64,000 nt of DNA from Basidiobolus meristosporus CBS 931.73 (Eukaryota; Fungi; Basidiobolomycota), in NCBI GenBank assembly GCA_002104905.1, contig MCFE01000192.1:1-64000 (forward strand), written 5' to 3'. Shown piece after piece: positions 49,778 to 61,703 of the stretch. The position numbers and the translations under genes are program-made. Numbering within the stretch: the first letter of the stretch is position 1; the number at the start of each line of letters is the position of its first letter. The notes under the pieces were generated by a model that had not been told where the DNA came from, did not search any database, and saw nothing but the letters and a program-made list of their open reading frames with translations.

Positions 49778-51499
49778 ATGACGGCATCCATTCTTGATAT
49801 CGTGTGGGTATCCGCCAAGCCCATCCTGAAGCTGGTCCTCAACACTGGGTTGGGGGTTGTTCTTGCTAGGACGGGCGTGCTTAATCAAAATTCTGCCAAA
49901 GCACTGTCCAAGATCATTGTCAATTTCTTGCTTCCTTGTCTTCTCTTTGGCAATCTAGTGCGCTCTATCCAGATAAGCAATCTAGGGCAGATGGGAATCT
50001 TGGCTTTGGTCATATTGTTCTACATCATATTAGGCGCGGTATGGGGGATTATATACCGGTTCACCTTCAAATTGCCAAGGAGATTTCGAAACGGTTTTAT
50101 TGCTGCCTCTATCTGGGGAAATTGGGGGGATCTCCCACTTTCTGTTATGTCCACGCTTGGAAATACCGCGCCATTTAGACCGGGGGACGGTGATGTTGGG
50201 GTGACATACATGTGCGTATTTATCGTCATGTTTAACCTCAGTCTGTTTACCCTGGGTGGATATAGGCTCGTTGAAAGCGACCACAAACAACAGGACCCAG
50301 ACGAGGAGACCAGCGCAGACTGTCAAATAACGGATGGAACTTCAATCGAAAAAGCGGACACCAAGTTCAACAAATTTGGTAGACTCACTAAAAGATTTAC
50401 TAATCGCGAACAACACTTTCCCGTATCTCCAATGGTACCATATCATGAGAAATGTCTTCCCGCCTCACCACCACCACCTCCGATATTTGAGGAGCAATCC
50501 GAAGACTCCGATAGTGATTTTGACCTCAGCTATTACTTTAAACCTCAAAAACAGTATAGCCCTCCAGGCCCTGTCAAGAAAAATGTAACATGCATAACGA
50601 AGAAAGACGAGCAGAATACAAAGAACCCAGTTTCGAATAACCCAGCTCCTTGCGAATCCCAAGACAAACCTTTCTCCTGCTTAAGTTCACCAACCTACAC
50701 AGCCTACGAAAAGCGTAAAGGCTCGGCTCTCAGTTCTGTTCCAAGTTTCCGACTACCATCAATTTATGAGGCCGCTCCGGTTCGACCATCGATGGCTCGG
50801 ACCCGAACCTACACGTCTATATCCGATTTCCAGCCGATCACGGAGACGGAGAAGGTCGATCCGAGTTTGATGGGCAAATCGATTCGTACACGTAGAACTT
50901 ACAGCACTATAGGCGATTTTGATAAAGCGCAGGGTGAAAGAGAAAATACAACACTACACAGGGTCGTGGACATGATCCGAGTTATCTTTTCCCCTCCGAA
51001 CATTGCCATTATTTTGGGCATCACCGTTGGCCTGGCCCCTCCCTTGAAACGGTTGTTCGTTAAGACGTCGCCTAGTCAATCGGAGCCACCGCTTTCATTT
51101 TTGTTCGAAGTAGTGCTAACAATAGGTGGCGCTTACCTTCCTATATCACTATGCAATCTCGGTGCTGCTCTCTCGCACCTTCAGATTCGGGCTATTCCTC
51201 TGCACATTTCCATTTCCTTTGCAGTAGTGAAACTGGTTGTCACACCAATCATAGGAATCGCCTTGGTGCAGGCATTGGTGTTCAAGCTTCATCTCATCTC
51301 TCCCGATGACAGACCATTGAGGTTTTTGGCCATGTTCGCCTCATGCGTGCCCACCGCAACATCCATCATGGTGCTAACGCAGTTCTTCAGCTCCGATGGT
51401 GACACGAAGGAGGTTGCTGCCATCTTGGTCGTTCAGTATCTCATGGGGATAGTTACGATGATATGTACATTGATTTATATCGTGCACATTTTGGCTTGA
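49778..51499 (+). CDS. Auxin efflux carrier (AEC/PILS, Ecm3-like) membrane transporter, intronless
   Basis: N-terminal TM block (LLPCLLF..GNWGDLPLS), long hydrophilic loop, C-terminal TM block (PPNIAIILG..GGAYLPISLCNLGAAL..CVPTATS). Confidence 0.88.
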   Translation: MTASILDIVWVSAKPILKLVLNTGLGVVLARTGVLNQNSAKALSKIIVNFLLPCLLFGNLVRSIQISNLGQMGILALVILFYIILGAVWGIIYRFTFKLPRRFRNGFIAASIWGNWGDLPLSVMSTLGNTAPFRPGDGDVGVTYMCVFIVMFNLSLFTLGGYRLVESDHKQQDPDEETSADCQITDGTSIEKADTKFNKFGRLTKRFTNREQHFPVSPMVPYHEKCLPASPPPPPIFEEQSEDSDSDFDLSYYFKPQKQYSPPGPVKKNVTCITKKDEQNTKNPVSNNPAPCESQDKPFSCLSSPTYTAYEKRKGSALSSVPSFRLPSIYEAAPVRPSMARTRTYTSISDFQPITETEKVDPSLMGKSIRTRRTYSTIGDFDKAQGERENTTLHRVVDMIRVIFSPPNIAIILGITVGLAPPLKRLFVKTSPSQSEPPLSFLFEVVLTIGGAYLPISLCNLGAALSHLQIRAIPLHISISFAVVKLVVTPIIGIALVQALVFKLHLISPDDRPLRFLAMFASCVPTATSIMVLTQFFSSDGDTKEVAAILVVQYLMGIVTMICTLIYIVHILA

Positions 51500-51694
51500 G
51501 TCCATCAATGCTCATATGGAAATGATCAAAATACTGTATAAAAGGCTCCCTAAGGTTTCTATTCCCCATGATAACTCGATAAAACTGTATAATCTGAGAA
51601 TCTGGCATATTGGATACCATTTTATTATTTCAAATGTACATCAAATCATCAGCCACGTGCCCCCTATTGTACAGCATTGTTCGTAGCGATGCGT

Positions 51695-53068
51695 CTAATC
51701 GACATCTCGTTTGATAGCCATCATAGCAGTCAGGGCTGCACCAACCCCGCTGCCATCCTTGGCAAGCACTATCTTGACTCTGCTGGCCACATCGGTGCCG
51801 AGAAGTTGCTCCAAGACTTTCGATAGCAGCCCCTTGAAACCAGGAAGAAATTGAAATACGGTGCCATCTACACCTACGGTCACCGGTTGGGTCAGGAGAT
51901 CTTTTCTCTTGAGAAGAACGGCAGACAATGCGGCACCACTCAATTGAGCTGCACGCTCAGCTACCAACTGGGCTACCCTTTTCACCAACTGGCGATCACT
52001 AGCTGTGGTCTCGGGGATTCCCATGGTGTTCTCTAGAATCAACTTGATTTCCTCCAAATCCGCACTGTTATCGGAGATGATCGATGACACATAAGCTGTG
52101 TCAAAGTTGAAGGGTTGGTTCATCTCCACCGAGCAGCGTGATCCAAAGATAACATTTCTGTCGATCAAATCAATCAGAATGTTCCGGGTGATCTCACCAA
52201 GGTACAACCCGGAAATCATCTTCTCGAACACCTGGTGGAATGGCTCAGGTGATGAGTTGTCCAGACGGTTGTCGTACTGTGTAACTGGAAGAACCTTCTT
52301 GTCATTACCGAAGGCCCCCCATTCCATGTTGATGGCCATCTCTGCGTCCTCCATGGATCCTTGCCATTTAGGGATGTTCTCAATGCGCTCGATGTAAGCA
52401 GTATTGGTACCAGTACCAAAGATGACTCCAACACTGGTCGAGGGCTCGGCATAGGCGGCTGCCAACATAGTTCCGACGGTATCGTTGACCAGGGCAGCAA
52501 CCTTAATGTTGCTCATGTGTCTACGATTCAAGGCGTCCTGTAGCAATTGAGCTACATCATGACCCACAACATTGGTAGCGGTGAAGCTCTTAGTCCAGCG
52601 TAGGAGTTTACCACGATTAATGGCGGTCTGGTTGATAGGGAATGAGAAGGTAAAGCCAAGAGGGATAATCGAAGTTTGACTCAGAAGTTCTGTTTCAGGG
52701 CGTTGAGTAATAAAATCCTCCACACATTCGGCAAGGAAATCGAAAAGCACCTTTCCATCCCCGGTCTTGTGTTCGGCAGAAAGCGCATATTTGTGTTGAG
52801 CAGTTACGAATTCTCCGTTTCCCTTCAAGTCGATCAGACAAACGCGGAAGTTGGTACCTCCAAGATCCAAGGCCAAGTAAGATCCAGTCTCCTGCCCAGT
52901 TGGACGTCCCGTCACAAATGATGGGATCATGGCCAGGTTACAACCGTCAGCCTCCAACCCCTCTTGCATAGCCTTCAAGAATCCATCCACGATCTCGCGG
53001 AGTTTCTCATCTGAGAGAGCAAACTGTGATTGGAGCTTGGTGAAGGCAGCGGTCTGAGTTTCATTCAT
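51695..53068 (-). CDS. HXK: Hexokinase, intronless
   Basis: LALDLGGTNFRV, LGFTFSFP, VNDTVGT, INMEWGAF, FEKMISGLYLGE, KDGSGVGAA. Confidence 0.97.
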   Translation of the reverse strand: MNETQTAAFTKLQSQFALSDEKLREIVDGFLKAMQEGLEADGCNLAMIPSFVTGRPTGQETGSYLALDLGGTNFRVCLIDLKGNGEFVTAQHKYALSAEHKTGDGKVLFDFLAECVEDFITQRPETELLSQTSIIPLGFTFSFPINQTAINRGKLLRWTKSFTATNVVGHDVAQLLQDALNRRHMSNIKVAALVNDTVGTMLAAAYAEPSTSVGVIFGTGTNTAYIERIENIPKWQGSMEDAEMAINMEWGAFGNDKKVLPVTQYDNRLDNSSPEPFHQVFEKMISGLYLGEITRNILIDLIDRNVIFGSRCSVEMNQPFNFDTAYVSSIISDNSADLEEIKLILENTMGIPETTASDRQLVKRVAQLVAERAAQLSGAALSAVLLKRKDLLTQPVTVGVDGTVFQFLPGFKGLLSKVLEQLLGTDVASRVKIVLAKDGSGVGAALTAMMAIKRDVD

Positions 53069-54364
53069 CTTGTGTATGTCAATGTCGTGGAGTCAGGTGG
53101 GGAACATGGCCAAGCTTTATATGTATGCCGAAGAAGTGGCTCAATCTCAGTAGGCACAACCACCTCTCGTCTCACTACATTCACTCTAATCCACCTCCGA
53201 TTCGTCAGTCGACGACGTAAAATCACATTGGCTATAATGTCGACAAACGTAGTTTAATCAACTTGGCAATCTTATTGATCTCTTATCGTTTGGCATTTTT
53301 GTATATATTTGCTACCTTAAGCAACAGTCAACTAGCCTGGGAGCCAACGGTTTCAGCAAAAGAAAGATTCTGAAAACATACCAATTTACGATTGTTACGA
53401 AAGACTGAGCTTGCAGATATGAAAGGTTGGAATTGTCTGAATGCTGGCCTAGATATTCCCCGATCACCAAGATAACAATCATGGCTTGATAACTCCAGGT
53501 ACCGAATATCATTTTACCCCGCATCTGGAATTTCCATTTTTGCGGCGATTTGAAACAATATCGATGCAAGTGACACCTTGGGAAGGATTATTACGGAAAC
53601 TCAGGTATTACATACATCCAAGGCTCCCTGTATCACTTCGCATACCAATCAACCTGATCCTTGATGATCACCGTAACGGCCACGAGCAATACTAGGTGGG
53701 CGGACTCTAAGAATGCGTCCATGAAACCTGTGCAACCTGAGCGTGTGCCCACACTGATCGAGGTAGATACAAGTACCAGGTTTATCCACTCAACCAAATC
53801 GTCACGCCCCGTTATTCTAAATCCACGGAAATTGAAAAATCATCCCAAATCGACATACCAAAAAGGCATCAAATTTACCAATCTTCAAACCATGGGTCAG
53901 CCACCCGTCAATCATAAACCATCTACGCACTGGTTTTCGTCTCAGCATAACATCATTTGAGTAAATAGAAGGGTGAAACCGCCCGAATCCTTGCTAACTG
54001 GAAGCCTATTCGATCAACCAAACACGTATCTCAGCATTCGGGTCTGGATTAACCCGCTGTAGTTGGCACCAAGATATGCATGACGCAGCCAATGAGCATC
54101 GCATCAAGCGCTCTAATAACTCAGAAACTTTAAAGTCATTCAATCCACACATTTGAGTATCAATGAGACACAATCTGAGTGGCATGTTTAGAAGATAGAC
54201 GATAACCGCTCAAATATGGATAATCTGGAATGTAGCCTTTCGTATTTGGCGATTCCCAAGAAGGAAAGAAAAGTTTGGAGTATATTGGGCCACTCGTTCA
54301 AGCATCGTTGGGTTATAAAAGGCACTGGTCGTGGCTTTTGCTGCCCAACTCAACAAATTTTCCA

Positions 54365-55777
54365 ATGGTTCTGAAGAAAGGTGACATCAATTCCGACGCT
54401 ACTACTTACGACTCCACGGACCTCAAGTTCACGCCTTACATCTGGCTATGTGGTGTGACCGCCGCATTAGCTGCTTTCGCCTCCGGCTTCAACAGTGCCG
54501 CTCCCAACACTCCCGAGTCTGTCATCAGAAACTGTGATCTCAATGCTCACAGTAGCGGTGGCCTTCCCGCCTGTCTCCCAATGTCATCTGGTACTTGGGG
54601 TCTCGCCGTGGGTATCCTCGCCATTGGTGGTCTCGTTGGTGGTCTCAGTGCTGGTCCAGCTGCCAACAGATTCGGCCGTAAGTGGACGCTTATATGCAAC
54701 AATGCCTTCTTCATTGTCGGTGCTATCCTTGTTGCCACTGCTACCACCGTGGCTCAGTTCGTGGCTGGCCGTGTGATCATCGGTATTGCTTGTGGTGCGG
54801 CCTCCGTAGTGGCCCCAATGTATGTTGCCGAGATCTCCACCAATGGAGCTCGTGGCATCCTCGGAACCATGTACCAGCTTTTCACGGTGATTGGCATCTT
54901 GGTTGCCAACTGCGCCGGTATTGGATTGACCAGCGTTCCAGGATGGAGATACTTGTTCGGCATTGCCATCTTCCCTCCCATCCTCCAAGTGATCCTTCTG
55001 TTGTTCTGTACCGAGTCGCCAGGATATCTGTTGTCCAAGAACAAGGTCGATGAGGCTAGGGTTGCGTTGCAAAAGCTCCGCAGTGGGTGTGTGATTGACA
55101 ACGAGTTCAACGAGATGATCAGTGCTGCTCACAGTGAGGAAGGAAAGGAAGAGGCACTCAACATCGTCCAGGTGCTCAAGAACAGCCGTCTCTGCAAGCT
55201 CTTCATCGTTGCCATGATCATGCACGCCTACCAACAGCTCTCCGGCATCAACAGTGTCATCTTCTACTCCACCAACATCTTCAACGACATCTTCGGTGTG
55301 GACAACTCCCAGTATGTCACAGTCGGTGTCGGGTGCCTCAACCTGGTGATGACCCTCGTCTCGGTAGCCCTGATCGACCGTGTTGGCAGAAAGCCATTGC
55401 TGTACACCAGTGGTATTGGGATGTGCGTGTGCTCAGTGCTGATTGTGATTGCCTCCATCTATGGGGTCAACACACTCATGGTTGTCGCTGTGATGCTCTT
55501 CGTGGCTACCTTCGCTGTCGGCCTTGGTCCAATCCCCTGGATGTTGATGCCTGAGCTCATTCCCACCTATGCCATCGGAGCTGCCAGCTCCACTGCCACT
55601 GCCGTCAACTGGCTGTTCAACTTTGTCATCGGTCAAACCTTCCCTCCAATGAAGGATGCACTTGGCAACTACTCCTTCCTTCCCTACGCTGTTATCTGCG
55701 CTCTCGGTATCGCCTTCACTCTATTCTTCGTCCCAGAAACCAAAGGACGCAACCCCAACGAAATCTCCAAACAGTAA
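54365..55777 (+). CDS. MFS sugar porter, GLUT-like, copy 1, intronless (likely start 54365, MVLKK)
   Basis: NRFGRK, PMYVAEIS..RG, QQLSGINSVIFYS, DRVGRK, GPIPW, PETKG; TATAAAA about 50 bp upstream of the 54365 ATG. Confidence 0.96.
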   Translation: MVLKKGDINSDATTYDSTDLKFTPYIWLCGVTAALAAFASGFNSAAPNTPESVIRNCDLNAHSSGGLPACLPMSSGTWGLAVGILAIGGLVGGLSAGPAANRFGRKWTLICNNAFFIVGAILVATATTVAQFVAGRVIIGIACGAASVVAPMYVAEISTNGARGILGTMYQLFTVIGILVANCAGIGLTSVPGWRYLFGIAIFPPILQVILLLFCTESPGYLLSKNKVDEARVALQKLRSGCVIDNEFNEMISAAHSEEGKEEALNIVQVLKNSRLCKLFIVAMIMHAYQQLSGINSVIFYSTNIFNDIFGVDNSQYVTVGVGCLNLVMTLVSVALIDRVGRKPLLYTSGIGMCVCSVLIVIASIYGVNTLMVVAVMLFVATFAVGLGPIPWMLMPELIPTYAIGAASSTATAVNWLFNFVIGQTFPPMKDALGNYSFLPYAVICALGIAFTLFFVPETKGRNPNEISKQ

Positions 55778-57169
55778 TACACCTTCCCGGTAGTCCCAGT
55801 GACTCAAGGTTTTATCTTTATCCAGCATTATTTAATCGATTGCATCAAGCTGTATATAATAAAAATTTCGGTACATCCATTGGTTGGCATGGTATTCTCC
55901 AGCCAACTTTAAAGTCAAATGAAACCATGCAATTTAATAAACGAATTCCTCCTATTGGGATGGGACGGGCAAGAAGCACATAATTTCTAGGGAATTCTGA
56001 GTCAACATTGGGATTTAGGAAATAGTGGGATCTGGTTTCCAAGATTGGCAAGATGTACTACGTTACCTTGACGAGGTGAATACATTCCATTTAGTCGAGC
56101 CATTCTGGGTATAGGAAATCCAGACAGTGGATAAGAAATTACGGCATCGATCAATAGGGCGATTCCTTCAATTCCAAAATCATACGATGCATTACAGTTT
56201 GGATCTGGCGCTCCAAGATCTACCTGAAACTGGAATAACGTGTGTAGTGGCGAATCACACATTCAAAATATACCAATAAGCTTGTCTTTTCTGATTTGTT
56301 TATAGGCGTCATTGGGTTCCCAATTGGAGAGGTAGTCCTCGTGAGATGTGCTTGTCTGTGGGAAGGGTTACCAAGTGTCGGGTATGATCCATCCAAACGA
56401 TGGGCATTACAGGTTCACACACCTTTGCGATAACAAAGGTAACAAACCAAACCCAAACCCAAACCATAGTATCAGTCACCACTTGGTGACTTCATCGTTC
56501 GAGGGTGCTGTAGGAGTTGATTGGGCATGGCCAGAATCTTCATCGATTGAACTAGATCTGTACCACGATTGCTGAGAAAAAACCCGAATAGACCCGAAGA
56601 TCCAATGGCATTTCGTATATTAGCGTTGATTCAAACCTGTGTTTGGGTACATGGCTTACAGGTGTGTTGGAACGGTAGTAAATGCTGCTCATTTTGGTCC
56701 GAAATTGATTCCAGATTTGACCAAATTTGCGGGCATCCCACTTGCACATTGCTGGATCCAAAATTTGGAGTTGTCCTACCATGTCCCTCAAATGATGCTC
56801 GTTTACCTCAGCGCCAGGTGAGACATGTGTACGGTTAAAGCATCATTTTATCGGATTTGCGATAACATACAAGACTCGAACGCTGGATCATCAGGTGGGT
56901 ATAATGGGAAATCGCCATTGCTCCGTGAATAATTCGCAAGAAATTAAGCGTCCGTCTCAGCGTTATCAAGTGTATCTTTCTAGATACGAGCGGGCCACCA
57001 CATTTAGTATTGCTTATATCTGATTATAATGGTAATGGCTTCTGGAGTAGTTGCGGAGGTTGCAACTCTAGAACCATCAGGAAATGGTCTCAAATTTCAG
57101 ATTCAGCAGGTATAAATATCTTGACCGCTCCACTGGGAATGGACATCAAGTCTAAGAAGTCTTTTCAAT

Positions 57170-58579
57170 ATGGCTGACAAAAAGAATTACAACTCTGATA
57201 TCTCTACTTGTGACTCGAAAAATCTCAAGTTCACGCCCTACATCTGGCTATGTGGTGTGACCGCCGCATTGGCTGCTTTCGCTTCCGGCTTCAACAGTGC
57301 CGCTCCCAACACTCCCGAGTCTGTCATCAGAAACTGTGATCTCAATGCTCACAGTAGCGGTGGCCTTCCCGCCTGTCTCCCAATGTCATCTGGTACTTGG
57401 GGTCTCGCCGTGGGTATCCTCGCCATTGGTGGTCTCGTTGGTGGTCTCAGTGCTGGTCCAGCTGCCAACAGATTCGGCCGTAAGTGGACGCTTATATGCA
57501 ACAATGCCTTCTTCATTGTCGGTGCTATCCTTGTTGCCACTGCTACCACCGTGGCTCAGTTCGTGGCTGGCCGTGTGATCATCGGTATTGCTTGTGGTGC
57601 GGCCTCCGTAGTGGCCCCAATGTATGTTGCCGAGATCTCCACCAATGGAGCTCGTGGCATCCTCGGAACCATGTACCAGCTTTTCACGGTGATTGGCATC
57701 TTGGTTGCCAACTGCGCCGGTATTGGATTGACCAGTGTTCCAGGATGGAGATACTTGTTCGGCATTGCCATCTTCCCTCCCATCCTCCAAGTGATCCTTC
57801 TGTTGTTCTGTACCGAGTCGCCAGGATATCTGCTGTCCAAGAACAAGGTCGATGAGGCTAGGGTTGCGTTGCAAAAGCTCCGCAGTGGATGCGTGATTGA
57901 CAACGAGTTCAACGAGATGATCAGTGCTGCTCACAGTGAGGAAGGAAAGGAAGAGGCACTCAACATCGTCCAGGTGCTCAAGAACAGCCGTCTCTGCAAG
58001 CTCTTCATCGTTGCCATGATCATGCACGCCTACCAACAGCTCTCCGGCATCAACAGTGTCATCTTCTACTCCACCAACATCTTCAACGACATCTTCGGTG
58101 TGGACAACTCCCAGTATGTCACAGTCGGTGTCGGATGCCTCAACCTGGTGATGACCCTCGTCTCGGTAGCCCTGATCGACCGTGTTGGCAGAAAGCCATT
58201 GCTGTACACCAGTGGTATTGGCATGTGCGTGTGCTCAGTGCTGATCGTGATTGCCTCCATCTATGGGGTCAACACACTCATGGTTGTCGCTGTGATGCTC
58301 TTCGTGGCTACCTTCGCTGTCGGCCTTGGTCCAATCCCCTGGATGTTGATGCCTGAGCTCATTCCCACCTATGCCATCGGAGCTGCCAGCTCCACTGCCA
58401 CTGCCGTCAACTGGCTGTTCAACTTTGTCATCGGTCAAACCTTCCCTCCAATGAAGGATGCACTTGGCAACTACTCCTTCCTTCCCTACGCTGTTATCTG
58501 CGCCCTTGGCATTGTGTACACCTTCTTCCTGGTCCCAGAAACCAAAGGACGCAACCCCAACGAAATTTCCAAACAATAA
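57170..58579 (+). CDS. MFS sugar porter, GLUT-like, copy 2, intronless
   Basis: Same motifs; nearly identical to copies 1 and 4. Confidence 0.96.
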   Translation: MADKKNYNSDISTCDSKNLKFTPYIWLCGVTAALAAFASGFNSAAPNTPESVIRNCDLNAHSSGGLPACLPMSSGTWGLAVGILAIGGLVGGLSAGPAANRFGRKWTLICNNAFFIVGAILVATATTVAQFVAGRVIIGIACGAASVVAPMYVAEISTNGARGILGTMYQLFTVIGILVANCAGIGLTSVPGWRYLFGIAIFPPILQVILLLFCTESPGYLLSKNKVDEARVALQKLRSGCVIDNEFNEMISAAHSEEGKEEALNIVQVLKNSRLCKLFIVAMIMHAYQQLSGINSVIFYSTNIFNDIFGVDNSQYVTVGVGCLNLVMTLVSVALIDRVGRKPLLYTSGIGMCVCSVLIVIASIYGVNTLMVVAVMLFVATFAVGLGPIPWMLMPELIPTYAIGAASSTATAVNWLFNFVIGQTFPPMKDALGNYSFLPYAVICALGIVYTFFLVPETKGRNPNEISKQ

Positions 58580-59469
58580 TAGACTGACTCTTCATGAGTA
58601 GCAACGATCCATAGCATATGTATAATAAATGCCTATTTCACGGTACGACTTCGTGTTATCGAAACTCCTATCGAACTACTGGTGCTTTCAAGAAATCGAG
58701 TTTATGCCGAGCTCTCGAATACACGTCACTTTAGTAAAAACCCCACTGTATCCGGTCAGCCCTCGGAGCTTGTGTCTGTTTCTTGTTCTTAGTGTATTGT
58801 ATTTCATATCTACGCGAGCATCCATTGAATTGGGAGTTACCGATCAGCGATCTTAAGGCATGGTTGGATTCTAGTCCTGTGAGCTACACAAGGTTTAATT
58901 AGTTTATCGTTAGACGGCGCGTTTCATTTTACTATATTGAATGACTAAAACAAGAAAAGGGGATGACCGCACACACCCAAAGCCGTGCTTGATATCAACA
59001 ATGTACATATATGTGGTATTGAAAGCGCCTCGGCCTTCGTTTAGTGACCAAAAGTGTTGGGCGGTTTTACATTCGATCATAGAGTTGTAGCGTTTCTTCT
59101 CTTGACCAGCAAGTGGGAGCAATCTAGATATCTGTACCCGTTTCTCCTCAGTGGCTTAAATCTATGGTTCAATATAGCAGAAAATGGATGATCGGTTGAC
59201 GGTAAAAGAAATTTCGAACTATCAATGCCATCTAAAAGAGGGTATATGGCACAAACTTCGACCAACCATCGGGGGGGATTGGCAAATTTAGGTTTAGATC
59301 GATTTGATAAGTGGAATTAAAATCTGGAGTTGGCGTCAAGTATTTATAGCAACACTCCAAAGATGTAAGTGAGAACATTCATCAGAAATCCCGCATCATA
59401 AGATTTGCCCAGTATCCTTATTTAACAATCACTGCAGGGCTTTTCTGATGATCTCTTCAATAGTGGACT

Positions 59470-60876
59470 ATGCTCAGTACCAAAACCCACTCTACTGATA
59501 CTTCAGTGACTGACTCAAAGAATATTAAATTTACCCCGCATATATGGCTATGTGGTTTAACTGCCTCCCTTGCCTCCTTTGCCTCCGGCTTTAACAGTGC
59601 CGCCCCGAATACCCCCGAATCTGTCATTAGAAACTGCGACTTGAGCGCATCAAGTGGGGGATTTCCGGCGTGCCTCCCGATGTCTTCAGGTACCTGGGGT
59701 TTAGCTGTTGGCATTTTTGCCATTGGTGGCTTGGTTGGAGGCTTAAGTGCTGGTCCATCGGCAAATAAAATTGGAAGAAAGAACACTCTGCTATTCAACA
59801 ATATCTTTTTCATTGCCGGTGCCATTCTGATCGCCACCGCAACTTCAGTGGCGCAATTTGTCGCTGGACGGGTGATCATTGGTATAGCATGCGGTGCTGG
59901 TTCAGTGGTTGCCCCAATGTATGTTGCCGAAATCTCTACTAATGCTGCTCGCGGAATTCTCGGGACTATGTACCAACTTTTTCTGGTGATTGGTATACTG
60001 ATAGCAAACTGTGCTGGCCTGGGGCTGACCAATTCCCCGGGTTGGAGAATTCTCTTTGGTTTGGCTATTGTGCCCTCCATTGTTCAGGTTGCTCTATTAC
60101 CATTCTGTACCGAATCACCTTGCTACCTCTTATCCAAAAACAAAGTCCACGAGGCCAGAATCGCTTTGCAGAAGCTCCGCAGTGGATGTGTGATCGACAG
60201 CGAGTTCAACGAGATGATCAGTGCTGCTCGCAGTGATGAGACCAAGGATGATTCACTCAATATTATTCAAGTACTCAAGAACGCCAGGCTCCGCAAGCTC
60301 TTCATCGTTGCCATGATCATGCACGCCTACCAACAACTGTCCGGTATCAACAGTGTTATCTACTACTCGACCAATATTTTTAATGACATCTTTGGTGTTG
60401 AGAACTCCCAATACGTCACAGTGGCCGTTGCAAGTTTCAACCTGGTGATGACCTTCGCCTCGGTCGTTTTGATCGATCGGGTTAGCCGAAAGTTTCTGCT
60501 ATATATCAGCGGTATTGGAATGTGCCTCTGCTCCATTTTGATCGTGATTGCCTCCATTTATAACGTCGATATCCTCATGGTGATTTCTGTCATGTTATTT
60601 TCCGCTACTTTCGCTGTCGGCCTTGGCCCTATTCCATGGATGTTGATGCCGGAGCTTATTCCCACTTATGCCATTGGCGCTGCCAGCTCCACCGCTACCG
60701 CCGTCAATTGGCTGTTCAACTTCGTTATCGGCCAAACATTCCCACCAATGAAAGATGGTCTTGGAGATTATGCATTCCTCCCATATGCCATAATATGTGC
60801 TCTAGGTATTGCCTACACATTCTTCCTCGTACCAGAAACAAAGGGGTGCAACCCAAATGAGGTGGCAAAGCAGTAA
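59470..60876 (+). CDS. MFS sugar porter, GLUT-like, copy 3 (divergent), intronless
   Basis: Same motifs; many synonymous and amino-acid differences from copies 1, 2 and 4. Confidence 0.96.
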   Translation: MLSTKTHSTDTSVTDSKNIKFTPHIWLCGLTASLASFASGFNSAAPNTPESVIRNCDLSASSGGFPACLPMSSGTWGLAVGIFAIGGLVGGLSAGPSANKIGRKNTLLFNNIFFIAGAILIATATSVAQFVAGRVIIGIACGAGSVVAPMYVAEISTNAARGILGTMYQLFLVIGILIANCAGLGLTNSPGWRILFGLAIVPSIVQVALLPFCTESPCYLLSKNKVHEARIALQKLRSGCVIDSEFNEMISAARSDETKDDSLNIIQVLKNARLRKLFIVAMIMHAYQQLSGINSVIYYSTNIFNDIFGVENSQYVTVAVASFNLVMTFASVVLIDRVSRKFLLYISGIGMCLCSILIVIASIYNVDILMVISVMLFSATFAVGLGPIPWMLMPELIPTYAIGAASSTATAVNWLFNFVIGQTFPPMKDGLGDYAFLPYAIICALGIAYTFFLVPETKGCNPNEVAKQ

Positions 60877-61703
60877 ATATCTAGCAGCCTCGCCAAAATG
60901 CTCATACCCGACCACCTCATCCTCCCGCTAAACACAACATTCACTAATATACATTTTCATCGATTCTTTTCACCACCAGCCCAACAATAAAGCATTGAAA
61001 TATACTACTGGATCTAGAATCTGTACGAGAATCTTTTCTTGCTTCGTAAGGGAAATGTAACGGACACCCCAACACAAAAAGCTCCGTCTACGAAATGAAA
61101 ATGGATCACTGTCTTGGAACAGCCCCGTAGAAAATCCTCTGCCACATCGATGAATATTTATGGAGATACAGGGTTTTAGGTGGATCGATCGCCTCTGTTT
61201 CAGGCGTATATCTCTTATCTACAATATCAATGGCATCTAGTATATATATTGAGGTTCATACATCACCATAAAGATTTGAAATGTGTGTGTCCAAGCCACT
61301 TCCCGAGAATAATTTTCTTCTATAGGCACCCTCTTAGAAGTGGCTTCATCAGATGGAATCTAGATTTTTGCGTATATCAGCAACGCTTCATTTGCCATGG
61401 CAATTTTGACTTGCAATCAGGGTTTGATTGAAAACATCTGAATTCCTTGTTTTGCGATGATTTAGTCCATTTTAGGCAGTAGAAATTAGTCAACCTAATG
61501 TTGTATTAATTTATCTTCTCCAAAATCATCGACACATTCTAGAAGTTGAACGGTCGATTTCGCAGTGCAATACTCTTGTGTTATGGCTGATACGGGCAAA
61601 TCCATTGACTTCATGCAAACCCGTTACTTGCCTTTCACTATAAATAAGCAAAGACCCCCTTTGTGCCGCCATCATTATCTAACTAAGCAATTGGTTCTAT
61701 CAA

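Noticed and set aside
54275-54364. 30-aa N-terminal extension of transporter copy 1 in the ORF track
   Set aside because: Starts at a non-ATG codon and contains the TATA box; paralogue alignment supports ATG 54365.
56441-56466. (CCCAAA)-like runs here and near 42390-42415
   Set aside because: Only 3-4 degenerate units; consistent with low-complexity sequence rather than telomeric repeats.
57065-61545. HSE-like TTCtaGAA motifs upstream of transporter copies 2 and 4
   Set aside because: At most two good pentamers each; expected by chance.
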